From positions 25,264 to 89,263 of IMG/VR virus record IMGVR_UViG_3300006754_000009: DNA of 64,000 nucleotides; one strand, 5' to 3'. The number at the start of each line of letters is the position of its first letter. The first letter of the stretch is position 1. The notes under the pieces were generated by a model. That model had not been told where the DNA came from and made no database searches. It saw only the letters and a list, made by a program, of their open reading frames with translations. The stretch is from a virus. The position numbers were made by a program, and so were the translations under genes. Of the stretch, positions 29,901-39,986 are shown piece after piece.

Positions 29901-30843
29901 ACCATGTTCACCATCTAAAGTGAATACAGCATATGATATTTTACATAAAAATATCCCACAGAATTGGAAATTAGTTAATGTAAACAAAAAATTAAAAATT
30001 AATGGTAAAGAAATTAAAATTATTTCTAGTTATTCACACTATAATCCCGGACCAACAACTATGGCGGGTGATTTTAGATGTCAATATTATTGTAAATGTG
30101 GACAAACTATGGCAGAAGAACTCGGAATAGACCCAATCTATGGTGTGAGTGATGTTTATACTAATTTAGAGTTATTAAATTGTGATGAATGTTATCAAGA
30201 AGCAAAAAAACATTGTGATAAGTTATATAATACATGTAAACCAATTCTAGTAGGGAGTTGTGATGACGCTGATTTTGTACTAGAACCAACAGGAAATATA
30301 GTTAAAAAATCTCCAGCCCTCATATCTACAACATCATTAACAACACTAGATGCTGGTGGGGGAACCGCCCCACCCAAACCATCAGGACCATGGAATCCAC
30401 CAGGAGGGCCTCGAGGACCTAGAGAGCCTATAAAAACCAATGAAGAACGACCAGATAATACTAGGTACATTTGTGATGATGGGGTGTGTATTCCATATGT
30501 AGCAGAAACAGGTGGGATTAAGGGTATGGGGGATACATCAAGAACTAGCACCCAAACACTAACTACTACTAGTAGTATAATATACGCGAGTTTAACTACT
30601 TGTATGGCAGATTGTGTTGTCACAAGTAGTGGTAAACCTACAACGCCTTCTGAAGAAGAAGAACAAACACAAGATAACAGTGATTATGGTGGGGGTAGTC
30701 ATGATGAGGAAGTAGATGACGGTAGTAAAGAGTCCGATAAAGATACTGATAAAGAAGGTGTATGTCCCCATAGCTATTATTGGTGTGAGGCTATGGGTGA
30801 TTGTATAAGCAATGATGTACCTTGTGAAGAGATGTTAAAATAA
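26914..30843 (+). CDS. large putative structural protein with a Cys-rich, Pro-rich and acidic C-terminus
   Basis: 1309 aa; internal NLYTSGGEF...YIGSYHIH...GAYH module; C-terminal YICDDGVC...YASLTTCMADC repeat related to those of the 2636-aa protein. Confidence 0.65.
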   Translation: MPYKIYKSRIDLRVLSDKIKFVFYVSGDENIPHKRNKSYNKTKAFTFIYDTNRAVEVVTYSDNTAERVFLKFPASNIDIKNNSDMVSFTTTNLVLEVFRNKQGVFGFEEVKGGGWGAFLSHQNYFDVSTGYGTKTGSGALRNLGRGNGGKSHTIQMLIPGIRVNKKIMNNISFDLDILIESQNQYINTLGFKLTKDNTITIENGLLDIKSPRQVINQTKELELDTTYLSLSPKDLASRKVLHDYKKQLIKYNADVEGLHLISSKVYAVENNIVPDVNLDNVNLTPLNTIQIPYNVSRVVFDNNISATRKYFKEGKEIYQLDWAQELFNNNLVTKANKCYSLKFSTEEQLVAFAEKLKNQQIGNIETYPVVNPNGTVTNVIRPYSDISQWVERTVLDQFNDISFSYKSNGLIRSILVCPRKKTLINDIEGKQNNLYTSGGEFTYRDGKNYIGSYHIHPEHGIMEGAYHTEESHQKLIRLFNYAPISGDSKTDFLFTTYSNTTKSLYSGFTTTTTDKFKSNDTYDLFLTGSTYSGSTIIPITNIETNQKLPLIDDITKEYRPYIFNKGYSQNGGNIVLNESNPDNYLTYSVSGNGIYRFTYKAYLDIKYTDTKWCNYLSRAYPSSTTGTYPSTNYDIKRLINTSIIQAGEGESETAILDTNYKFHPGYKFKSAEEKRVDNIPDNSGILNFNFTVRLNKFNSGSTASTVIKEFKVLRSKLYGTANDYLTLPVTQLDKASSGSNVCVLSGVSSSTIFHKQIPITIDTGFINLVSGQSLTLTYDTNWSADSKSNYFSESGTTNLKVNLGHQLDVSGNTKNAPWFRGVKVGNEFIYKKLFFDATQKSKAFTMVSSGEERKVKTDGTLYLTDKECGNITRPVVNKETFNRLRFLDTTGPKDMLIWDQSVTTPTNNWQKLIENNTIKDYILPKCEDTFCHLSEMHEDGVFCFNLPTYNDEYGGKCDFTFPQIKQSYVIQNVFKNMFGNQLTHYIVVTPECNFYKPCSPSKVNTAYDILHKNIPQNWKLVNVNKKLKINGKEIKIISSYSHYNPGPTTMAGDFRCQYYCKCGQTMAEELGIDPIYGVSDVYTNLELLNCDECYQEAKKHCDKLYNTCKPILVGSCDDADFVLEPTGNIVKKSPALISTTSLTTLDAGGGTAPPKPSGPWNPPGGPRGPREPIKTNEERPDNTRYICDDGVCIPYVAETGGIKGMGDTSRTSTQTLTTTSSIIYASLTTCMADCVVTSSGKPTTPSEEEEQTQDNSDYGGGSHDEEVDDGSKESDKDTDKEGVCPHSYYWCEAMGDCISNDVPCEEMLK

Positions 30844-30850
30844 ATAAAAT

Positions 30851-33800
30851 ATGGGAAGTATAATAGGAAATAACGGTAATATAAATTTAGTGGGTGTTAC
30901 TATGCAAGACACTGTTAGTGGGCAATGTGGAGGAGCTATATATAACCCCCAAGTCTCCGGAACTAGTACCACTTCACCATATAGTGTTGTCTGGTCCGGC
31001 ATAAGTAATTATAGTGCCACAACATTTAATATATTTAGTTTATGTGAGGGGGAATACCAAGCTGTAATAACGGATGCAACCGGAGGTACCGGAACCACAA
31101 ATATATTAATAAGTGGATATACAAACCCAACCATTTCAGCTAGATTAACTAACGATGACTGTATACTAGACCCCAACAAAAAAGGAACCATAACAATAGA
31201 TAGTTCAACTACCACCACTTCAACCTACACCTATGAACTTTCTAAAGATAGTGTTTTAAAAGACAGTTATTATGGTTCTACAGCCGACACTTCATATACC
31301 TTTAGTGATATCGAAAACGGCGTTTATACTGTAAGTGTTATTGAAGAAAAAGCAACCCAATTCAGTGAAAGACCAGATAAAACGGGATGTACCTATACGG
31401 ATTATAATGATGGTGGAGAATATAGTGGATGGACCATAGCAAATTTATTTGCTAAATGGGAATCGTGGTTACCACGTGCATACCACACTGTTACTTTTGG
31501 GGCAGGTGTAGGACCTGCGATTGGTGGTGGTAGTGGGGGTAATTTTGATTCTGGGTTAGGTAGTAATGGAAGAATATATAGTAATAATCCATATGTTTGG
31601 TTTTATACAGGAAGTTCAGCAACTAGAAAATCTGATACCACAAAAAATTGGTATTTAGGAAGTAGTGCATATACTATAGACGAAGGTGATAACATAGGAC
31701 CTTCCGGACCAACAGCTACCGCAGCAGATGTAGGTTATTTTTATTATAATACAGTAATAAATAAATTTTTAATTTGGTGGAACGGTTTACCAGGGACAAC
31801 TTATGGTTGGTTAACCTGGGACCCTAGAGTAGACTACGGAATTTACGGAAACCCCGTCGCTTGTAGAGCTCTTACAGGTTCAACCAACGGTATTAGTAAT
31901 ATTGATGTGGACGGTAATGATTATACTGTAGATTCATCAGGTAATGTTGCGTTAGCAAGTACCGTAGTTAATGCGGCACCAAGTGCTTTACGTAAATTTG
32001 CAACACCTACAACAGGAAATTGGAATCAAATCATTGGAAGAACCAGTCTATGTTCCTATATGAATTATACCTGGGCCACTTCATTTAATTCTACAGATAG
32101 TGATGATGATACAATAGGTTTAATTCTTGCGTCATTTAGAGATGAATATGGAACTTATGGGCCTACTGGTGTTACCCATACTCTTTCATTAAACTTTAGA
32201 GGTTCTACGGGAGCTATATCGATTCTTGATAATACCACAAATACTGCTTATTCTAATTTTTATTATTCAGGAAATCAATTTAGAGACTGTAGATTAAGTG
32301 CTAATTGTACTACTAATCCTTATATCAGTACTAAAATCTTAGAGAATGATGGGGGAACTACACCATTATCAGGAGCAAATTGGGATGTCATGGGTTCATT
32401 AAGAACTAAAATTACGAGGTCGGGAGAAATGGGAGAACATTTTAAAATCCAACTTACCCATACTATGGGTCCTGCTGGGGTTGTACCTGCAGGAGGAGCG
32501 AGTGGATATATTGACGCGTATGAAATAAATCTTAATCTTTTAGATAGACTTACATGGACAGGAAATACAATTTCCGCAGAACCATGGATAGATGACTATG
32601 CATTCTGTAAATATTTAGGTTCACGAAGAATAGGCTTTTATGCTAGTTCACAAGAAGCTGTAAGTTGGTATCATATGCAATTTAGTGGAAGCCCAATACA
32701 AAAATATTTAAGTGTACCTAATTGTAACAAACAAAGAGGTCCCATAACTTCAGTAATAATTACAGCAACTACAGCCACCACCTTAAATATAAGTGAAACA
32801 AAATCACAAGTACCTTATACCACCAACGAACCAGGGGTCCCACAAATAAGACCTAAGATGAATGTTTCTTTACAAACAATGCCTAACCCATCAGTTACTA
32901 TTAATGGAATAAATAGACCTTACGTGACATCAACCGATACAATAGGTGGGGTACCAGATTTGAATATATATAATTTAAGTAATAGTGGTAGTTGTGAAGT
33001 ACAATTTTATTTTGGTGGTGAGAATGACGAATTAATTTTTGGGGACGCTTATCCTAAGTTTAGAATCTACCCTTATTTATCTGAAACAGATGAAATAGCT
33101 ACCATACCTGACTATGAAGCTATATTTGACACATTACCTTCTTATTTTGACCAGACATTACAAAATACAATTGTTAGTGCGAGCACCACGATTCCATTAT
33201 CTAGTTTAACACAAAGTTCATGGCAATTTATTGTTAAACCAACTTATTTATTTAAAGACAAAAACTCGGTAGCGGATTATTGGATAGATACCGCCACCTA
33301 CCCACCTAGTAGTAAAATTGACATTAAAAGAGATTTCTATTTAGTTGTAGTTAAAAATCCAGCTACCCCTGACTTATACTTAGGTGATTTTAAGTATCCA
33401 GCTAATACAGTACCATCTCTTTATACACAAACATTTACAATCGATGGTATGCCTGACGCACCAGGTTATGTTGGACCTAGTGTAGTTAAAAAAGCACCCG
33501 GACCATATTCCGCGTATACATACACTTACACGTTAAGGAGTGGAATATTTAATAGAACAGGACCTTTAGTTTATGTGAACGGAATATTATTAACGGAAGG
33601 ATTTAGTGGTACCACGACTAAACCACAGACAGGGGACTATAATTGGTTACAACCATCTAGAACTATAAGATTTCATGCAGAAACAGTGAGAAATAAGGAT
33701 GTCGTACAAGTGATTTATGACACTATGGGTAATTCTTACGTTGAATTTGCTACATTACCAGATACAGTACCAACATCCAGTGGAGAAACTATATATGAAG

Positions 33801-34354
33801 CAGATGGGTATTATTATATTAATTTAACTAAACAATCCACGGGGGGTGTTGGATTAGCATTAAACGGTGTAACTCAGACAGTCGACACCGATTTCCAACA
33901 AGTTAGTAACAGAAGGATTCAATTATTACGTAGTACTTCAGATTATGTAAGTGGAGATACTTTTGCCATATTTTATAGAACCATATATCAAACCATATCT
34001 GTCGCAGCAACTAAAAAACCACAAGTCCCAATTAGATATACAAAAAAATATAATTTAGAAGAATTTATTATAATCAAACTGTACAATGCTAATGGTGACC
34101 AAGTAGATGAACAAACTATAGTTGTGAACCCACACGAAATAGGGCCCATAAATAAAATGTGTTATTTAGAACCATCTACTTTTGGAAATTATACGTATGA
34201 AGTATTAATAAAAAGAGCTTACCCATTAATAAATAAAGATACGATTTACACTGTATCACAAAGTGAAAGAATACCATTTGAAATAAGTAAAAGTGTTTTT
34301 TACACAGATAACCCTTTTAAAAGAGAAGCTTTAGGTAGAGTTACACCATATTAA
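30851..34354 (+). CDS. tail appendage / adhesin-like protein with SprB-like repeats
   Basis: SPYSVVWSG...FSLCEGEYQAVITDATG and YTFSDIENGVYTVSVIE (SprB-like); DSDDDTIGLIL (lectin/TSP-C-like); C-terminal VYVNGILL..GDY and LALNGVTQ..TDF modules. Confidence 0.65.
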   Translation: MGSIIGNNGNINLVGVTMQDTVSGQCGGAIYNPQVSGTSTTSPYSVVWSGISNYSATTFNIFSLCEGEYQAVITDATGGTGTTNILISGYTNPTISARLTNDDCILDPNKKGTITIDSSTTTTSTYTYELSKDSVLKDSYYGSTADTSYTFSDIENGVYTVSVIEEKATQFSERPDKTGCTYTDYNDGGEYSGWTIANLFAKWESWLPRAYHTVTFGAGVGPAIGGGSGGNFDSGLGSNGRIYSNNPYVWFYTGSSATRKSDTTKNWYLGSSAYTIDEGDNIGPSGPTATAADVGYFYYNTVINKFLIWWNGLPGTTYGWLTWDPRVDYGIYGNPVACRALTGSTNGISNIDVDGNDYTVDSSGNVALASTVVNAAPSALRKFATPTTGNWNQIIGRTSLCSYMNYTWATSFNSTDSDDDTIGLILASFRDEYGTYGPTGVTHTLSLNFRGSTGAISILDNTTNTAYSNFYYSGNQFRDCRLSANCTTNPYISTKILENDGGTTPLSGANWDVMGSLRTKITRSGEMGEHFKIQLTHTMGPAGVVPAGGASGYIDAYEINLNLLDRLTWTGNTISAEPWIDDYAFCKYLGSRRIGFYASSQEAVSWYHMQFSGSPIQKYLSVPNCNKQRGPITSVIITATTATTLNISETKSQVPYTTNEPGVPQIRPKMNVSLQTMPNPSVTINGINRPYVTSTDTIGGVPDLNIYNLSNSGSCEVQFYFGGENDELIFGDAYPKFRIYPYLSETDEIATIPDYEAIFDTLPSYFDQTLQNTIVSASTTIPLSSLTQSSWQFIVKPTYLFKDKNSVADYWIDTATYPPSSKIDIKRDFYLVVVKNPATPDLYLGDFKYPANTVPSLYTQTFTIDGMPDAPGYVGPSVVKKAPGPYSAYTYTYTLRSGIFNRTGPLVYVNGILLTEGFSGTTTKPQTGDYNWLQPSRTIRFHAETVRNKDVVQVIYDTMGNSYVEFATLPDTVPTSSGETIYEADGYYYINLTKQSTGGVGLALNGVTQTVDTDFQQVSNRRIQLLRSTSDYVSGDTFAIFYRTIYQTISVAATKKPQVPIRYTKKYNLEEFIIIKLYNANGDQVDEQTIVVNPHEIGPINKMCYLEPSTFGNYTYEVLIKRAYPLINKDTIYTVSQSERIPFEISKSVFYTDNPFKREALGRVTPY

Positions 34355-34377
34355 GATGAGTAAAACAAAATAAAATG

Positions 34378-34384
34378 TATTTAT
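34378..34384 (+). promoter_or_regulatory. TATTTAT putative late promoter
   Basis: 24 nt before ATG 34402. Confidence 0.6.
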
Positions 34385-34401
34385 GATTAAAGGAAAAAAT
34401 T

Positions 34402-36831
34402 ATGAGTTATATAATTAAAAACAACACACAAGGAGCAATTGTTGCCAGACTAACTGATGCTGGTAGAAAAAAATTATCAGAAGGTAAATTAAATATAGGA
34501 CTATTTCAATTAGGAGATAGTGAAATGTGTTATAATTGTTATAATACAAGTCTTCCTGCACAATATACCGGATTAAATATTTTACAAGCTGAACACAACG
34601 CCCAAAATCTATTACCTTTACCGGAAAAGAATAAGGGTCATGTAAAATACCCTATAAGTGGAGGTATCACTAGCGGTGATACTTTTGGACCTACAATTCC
34701 ACAACATCTCTATGAAGAAGTATATAACACTGCAACAGCAAGAGGTTTCTTTACAGTACCCGAAACTAACACACCTGGGGTATACACCTACTTCTCAGCT
34801 CAAACAAACGCAGCCTATACACTATCTTCAAATTGGTTGTTCTGCGCATCCGCGATGACGGGTACAAGTAGTATGCAAATTACTAGTGCGGACTGTAGCA
34901 CACAAAGCTATACACCAATAAATGGAGACTTAATTTCCGTTACCTATGAATTTTCGGGTAATGCGTGTTCACAGTTAAATTATAGTGCAGCATCACAAAC
35001 TTTATTCTATCAAGTCCAAGCAGGAAATACCAACTCAGCACAAACAGCAATCGAATTAAATATTACGGTAGACAGGGATTTGCCGGATTATACTCTAGAA
35101 CAATATTCGGGTATTACTGGTAGTTGTGCACATGTAAGAGTGTACCCTCCTTTTTCTGCAAACCCAATGACTACCGCGAGTATATATAGTACCGCAGCTA
35201 CAGCTACCTATTGGTGTAATGACACATTATCCTTTAATAATTGTGCAAGCTTGAATACTACCGACACTAAAATATGGAATATGAATATAAATTGGACCCA
35301 TACTTTAGCTGGTGTAGATACATCTGCCTATGAAGGAGATACATATTATGGTTCTAGTGGATATTGTGGCTCGAGAGAGTATTTTGGATTACAAAGTAAT
35401 AATGGGCAATCATTTACTGACCAGTTTATTGATTTTTACCACCAAAATATTATTGGAGGTACCTATTATTATGATTCTTTTGATAATATAAGAGTTGTAT
35501 TACCATCGGAACAGAAAGCCGCTGGTTTCCTACATTACACAAATAACACAACTACCGATTTTTATGGGGAAAAATTTGCTTTAAAACAAGCAGGTTTTTG
35601 TGGTAATCAAACTTGTGTAGGAGAAGCTAGAAACTTTAAATTACATTTACCTTGGTTAATGTGGCATAAGAAAAATGCAATTGGTTCAGGTACAGGAAGT
35701 GGTGTTGGAAATGAAACTATATTAGGTCAAACTTTTTATGTGGACCCACCTGGTTATCCCGGAGCGTTCCCAGCAGACGGAAATCCACACCTAATGTTAT
35801 CCACACCAAACACTAATATGAATGACCAAGGACTAAGGTATTATCATTTATGGGATGACAACGCGGGTAGTGGAGCTACACCTAATAGAGTAGGTAAAGT
35901 ATTTCCCGATTATAAAATGATGGTTATAGATGATGAAGAATTATTAACCGCAATGTCATATAAATCTAATAGAAGTTTTACCTTACCAGCCCCTAAAACA
36001 GAAAAGGTATTAGCCGGTACCTCATGTACATCAGGGTCTTGTGGTAATGGTGTCGTACAAGCATACACCGACTCAATTTACCTAACTTATATGTTTTATA
36101 ATAGTGCAGGTACACCAACAGGACTACATTGTAATTACTATTCTTACGAAACCCTAGCATTAGGAGAAGAATTATTTGATTTAGCGGTCACATTTGGAAG
36201 TGAATTTCCTTATTTAAGGGATTTAGGAAATCTTAATGGTGGAGGTAATTCCTTAAGTGGTACTGGATTTGAAGCAGACCGATTATATTTGTTAAGTCAA
36301 ATAGTTAGTAGTGGAGCGGAACCAGACCCAGCATTATGGAAATATAAAGATGTTACAGCTCAAATTCCTAACCATACAGTAGGAAATAAGATACTGGCCA
36401 CCAATCTGATAGGACATACGTTTTATCTAACCGATTGTGATACAGACGCAAGTTGTATACAATGCTATACCGCTATGACAGCATATGAGTTACAGAATTA
36501 TATAACCATACCAACTACATCACAACCAGAAGACTTACAATTTGGTGACGAGTATTTCTTTTATGGGACTCTTGAGACGGATATAATGGCAACTATCTAT
36601 GAAATGAGACATGTAGTACAATTAGGACAAACACAATACTTAACATCAACCAACCCAACCTGGTTAGATTATATGGCGGTACCCACTAATTCAGCGGTTA
36701 CACCAAAGATTACTGAAATCGGTTTATTTGATAACGAAAACGGGTTCCCAGATTTAATGGCTATTGCTAAATTGCAGTCACCAGTAGACAGAACGGGGAC
36801 CCAGCAATTTACAATATCTATTGATTTTTAA
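34402..36831 (+). CDS. tail-collar/fibre-like structural protein (both N- and C-terminal collar motifs)
   Basis: N-terminal RLTDAGRKKLSEG...FQLGDSE; C-terminal ITEIGLFD...LMAIAKLQSPV. Confidence 0.65.
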   Translation: MSYIIKNNTQGAIVARLTDAGRKKLSEGKLNIGLFQLGDSEMCYNCYNTSLPAQYTGLNILQAEHNAQNLLPLPEKNKGHVKYPISGGITSGDTFGPTIPQHLYEEVYNTATARGFFTVPETNTPGVYTYFSAQTNAAYTLSSNWLFCASAMTGTSSMQITSADCSTQSYTPINGDLISVTYEFSGNACSQLNYSAASQTLFYQVQAGNTNSAQTAIELNITVDRDLPDYTLEQYSGITGSCAHVRVYPPFSANPMTTASIYSTAATATYWCNDTLSFNNCASLNTTDTKIWNMNINWTHTLAGVDTSAYEGDTYYGSSGYCGSREYFGLQSNNGQSFTDQFIDFYHQNIIGGTYYYDSFDNIRVVLPSEQKAAGFLHYTNNTTTDFYGEKFALKQAGFCGNQTCVGEARNFKLHLPWLMWHKKNAIGSGTGSGVGNETILGQTFYVDPPGYPGAFPADGNPHLMLSTPNTNMNDQGLRYYHLWDDNAGSGATPNRVGKVFPDYKMMVIDDEELLTAMSYKSNRSFTLPAPKTEKVLAGTSCTSGSCGNGVVQAYTDSIYLTYMFYNSAGTPTGLHCNYYSYETLALGEELFDLAVTFGSEFPYLRDLGNLNGGGNSLSGTGFEADRLYLLSQIVSSGAEPDPALWKYKDVTAQIPNHTVGNKILATNLIGHTFYLTDCDTDASCIQCYTAMTAYELQNYITIPTTSQPEDLQFGDEYFFYGTLETDIMATIYEMRHVVQLGQTQYLTSTNPTWLDYMAVPTNSAVTPKITEIGLFDNENGFPDLMAIAKLQSPVDRTGTQQFTISIDF

Positions 36832-37610
36832 TGGCCTATTTAAATATACATAATAATTCTGTATCGGGAAACACATTTAGATTGTACCTATCTGATTATG
36901 GGAAATTACAATTAGCTGGTAATGGTAGTTTTTATTCTATGATAGAGAAATTTGGATTAGGTGATAAAGACATGGATTATCGTAGATTTGCATCAGGAAA
37001 CACGTGTCAAAGTGAAGGTGGGTTAAGTGCTTTAAGTAGTTCGTGTTTCTATGATTTACCCGACTCACGAGGAGGGGAATTAACAACTATATCTGGTGGT
37101 TATACAACATACGCAAGTGTAATGGTAGGACCTAAGTATAGTATAGAAAGTAACGTAATAAAATTAAGTAATACGTCAGTTGGGGTAAACCCACAACCAT
37201 CAACCATATGGTTAAAATATAACGAACCTATTAAATCTACAGAATTAGAAGAACCAGATAGTGGCATGTTTAGTAGTTGTTGGACATTAGGAAAATCGGT
37301 TACTACTTTTTTTCCGTCATATTGTTGGGCATGTTCGGATTTTAATGGGGATGGCAAAATTGATATTGATGATTTAAAAATATTTTTAAATTTAATGGAG
37401 GGTGAAGAAAATGGAACCCGTGAACTAATAGGAGATTACAATGGTGATGGTAAAGTAGATATGACCGATTTTAATATATTTTTAAACTGTATGACATATG
37501 ATGGAAGTAATATCTTAGATTTTTGTAAAGACAAAGAAGTTTTTTGTTTACTTTGTGAACATCTAGGTGAAGCTTCACCATGTAACGGAGATTGTTTGGA
37601 ATGTATTTAA
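36831..37610 (+). CDS. structural protein with a collar-like N-terminus and a dockerin-type (double EF-hand-like) domain
   Basis: LYLSDYGKLQL...FGLGDKDMDY; DFNGDGKIDIDDL and DYNGDGKVDMTDF repeats. Confidence 0.75.
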   Translation: MAYLNIHNNSVSGNTFRLYLSDYGKLQLAGNGSFYSMIEKFGLGDKDMDYRRFASGNTCQSEGGLSALSSSCFYDLPDSRGGELTTISGGYTTYASVMVGPKYSIESNVIKLSNTSVGVNPQPSTIWLKYNEPIKSTELEEPDSGMFSSCWTLGKSVTTFFPSYCWACSDFNGDGKIDIDDLKIFLNLMEGEENGTRELIGDYNGDGKVDMTDFNIFLNCMTYDGSNILDFCKDKEVFCLLCEHLGEASPCNGDCLECI

Positions 37611-37661
37611 TGATAAAATAAATTGGATAACTAGATAATTATATAATAAGAGAATAATAAT

Positions 37662-39548
37662 ATGGGATATATAGATAGTGCAAGCACAACCACAATTAAA
37701 ATACAATTAACAGAAGACGCTAGAAGTCGAATGTTAACTGCTAGTAATTTTATGGGTTTATTTGATAAATTTGGGATTTCAGATAGTGATATTGATTACA
37801 GAAACACCCAAAACCATGCGGATACCACGAATACTAGTAATAATTCTGCACAATTAGGGTTCTTACCAGACGTTACTGGGAATGACACTACATTTAGAAA
37901 CGCGGTAAGTAGTGGATACAAACAAAAAGATATGGTACATACCACACCACAAAGTAGTAATGTATTATCGAGTCCTAAGAAATACGTAGCGTTAGGGTTT
38001 TTAAATAACAACAATCAAGTAGAGTATTATAGAGATACGGTAGAGATAGATGTGTATTTACACGACTATTTTGTTTTATGTAAATTATTAACTTCTAGAT
38101 ATATAGACGACCACAAAAACGTATTATCCACAAACTCGTCTGGAATAACCGCCTTATTTACCACCTATTTTAAAGATACACTAGATGTTGAAAATACGAC
38201 AGACTACTTAAAATTATTAAATACATTATCAGAATACGGAATAACCCAATATATGAATTTCTGGGAATCTATTAAGGTGTATGACGGAACAACCTTAAGA
38301 ACTAGTACCGTAAAATTAGTAGCGGATAAAGATTACTCCTATTACAATGCGTTAGCATTAGCAGGAGGAGCATATATGGGGAGAGGTGAACACACAGGTA
38401 TAGATTTTGCGGGAACCAATCTAAAAGGGGTAAAACTCGCTTCACCATTCTCTATGGTGTTTTCCCCTGGTCTAAATGATAATTCTTCACGCTTTCTTAA
38501 AGGGTGTGGTGGAGCTGGAATTGGATTTGGAGCGTATGATATTGGGTATTTAAATGCTGGAGGATTAAGTGCTTGGGATAGTAACACTAACCCTTATCCT
38601 ATGTTCACGATGAATAGCACATTAAACGGGTGGGCAACACAAGACTATAATATTAAATCAGTATTTATTGGGTTCGTCACTACAATTGACATGGAAAGTA
38701 GTGTTCCGTTAAGTAAAGATGGTTTTGGTAATGAAGGTTATGAGAGCATATCAACCACAATTCCATCTGCTAGATTAGTATTAAATGTAGCAACTAGTGA
38801 CCTGAGTCCTACGTATTACCCTATTAAATTAGAAAGACTCACAAATCAAGTCGGTGCCTACGTAAACATAAGTGGAAGAAATCAGAAAGGAATTAATATA
38901 ACAGAAACAACACACCCAACCGACACTTTTGGTTTACTGGTCGGTTCTTTAGAATATTCTTCTAGTTGGAATCGTGCAGAACAAGGATTAAAATCTTCAG
39001 CCCCATACTTTAATTTATACCCATCAAAAGACAACTCTAATGTGGCTGTAGCCGCTAGAGTAAAAGCGGAACAACAACCCTACTATACCTTAGGAACAAG
39101 AATGATGAAAATGGCAGACAATATATTTGTAGGTGTAGCAGGACAAAACAATAATTACTGGTTAACTGATACATGGTCAGGTGGGTTTAAAAGTGGATTA
39201 AGTGGTACCGGTGTTAGTTCATATAATATTTCTATACCAGTTACATGGACTATATATTCCCAAGACGATGCAACTGCCGCACCATGTAAAGTAACAGTAA
39301 GGTTTAAATTTAATAAAGATGCACTTACGGAGTCTATTTCATACAATAATGTAGACGCACAAAATTATTATAGAACTTATGATAACGCTACTTTAAAGTG
39401 GTATGGTGAAGCAGGTGTAGATTTATCTTCATATTCCGATGACCCAAGAGGACATGGATACACCACTGGTAATACTTATGCTTGGCAAACGGAAGGAGGA
39501 AAAGCATTGTACAGAAAATTAATAAGCGGTCAATTAATACAAATATAA
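37662..39548 (+). CDS. structural protein with a collar-like N-terminus
   Basis: MGYID...QLTEDARSRML...FGISDSDIDY is paralogous to the N-termini of 34402 and 36831; preceded by the variant TAATTAT at 37636. Confidence 0.65.
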   Translation: MGYIDSASTTTIKIQLTEDARSRMLTASNFMGLFDKFGISDSDIDYRNTQNHADTTNTSNNSAQLGFLPDVTGNDTTFRNAVSSGYKQKDMVHTTPQSSNVLSSPKKYVALGFLNNNNQVEYYRDTVEIDVYLHDYFVLCKLLTSRYIDDHKNVLSTNSSGITALFTTYFKDTLDVENTTDYLKLLNTLSEYGITQYMNFWESIKVYDGTTLRTSTVKLVADKDYSYYNALALAGGAYMGRGEHTGIDFAGTNLKGVKLASPFSMVFSPGLNDNSSRFLKGCGGAGIGFGAYDIGYLNAGGLSAWDSNTNPYPMFTMNSTLNGWATQDYNIKSVFIGFVTTIDMESSVPLSKDGFGNEGYESISTTIPSARLVLNVATSDLSPTYYPIKLERLTNQVGAYVNISGRNQKGINITETTHPTDTFGLLVGSLEYSSSWNRAEQGLKSSAPYFNLYPSKDNSNVAVAARVKAEQQPYYTLGTRMMKMADNIFVGVAGQNNNYWLTDTWSGGFKSGLSGTGVSSYNISIPVTWTIYSQDDATAAPCKVTVRFKFNKDALTESISYNNVDAQNYYRTYDNATLKWYGEAGVDLSSYSDDPRGHGYTTGNTYAWQTEGGKALYRKLISGQLIQI

Positions 39549-39553
39549 TAATT

Positions 39554-39985
39554 ATGGATATAAAGGCATTAGAATTTTATAGAAGAAATAGTAATTTTAC
39601 AGAAAATAGTTTAAAAGCGGGTACCCAACAATTACTTTATTTTGATACACAATCAATTCCAGGTGGTAGAAATAGATTTGTCGACTCTATAGCAGCACGG
39701 AGCGGATTAAAATTTTACGGAACACCAGGAGAATACAGTGCAAACTATAAAGCATCAAAATATATCTCCGCTTTAACACCACCTAATAGAGGTAAAGTTA
39801 TGTTTACAAACTATGAGAATAGCAATACATTAACTAAACAGACTGTATTTCCAGGTATACAAGAAAATGACAATGGTAGAAGTGCTGGGAGCCCTTTTCA
39901 CATGGTTATGCTTTACTTTCCTGGTAAATCTTCTTTAATTTTGGATACAAACCCTAAATCAAACAACTATAAAAATTGGATATAA
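39554..39985 (+). CDS. hypothetical protein
   Basis: ORF 39482-39985; ATG 39554 (MDIKALEF) follows the upstream stop and is the likelier start. Confidence 0.6.
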   Translation: MDIKALEFYRRNSNFTENSLKAGTQQLLYFDTQSIPGGRNRFVDSIAARSGLKFYGTPGEYSANYKASKYISALTPPNRGKVMFTNYENSNTLTKQTVFPGIQENDNGRSAGSPFHMVMLYFPGKSSLILDTNPKSNNYKNWI

Positions 39986-39986
39986 A

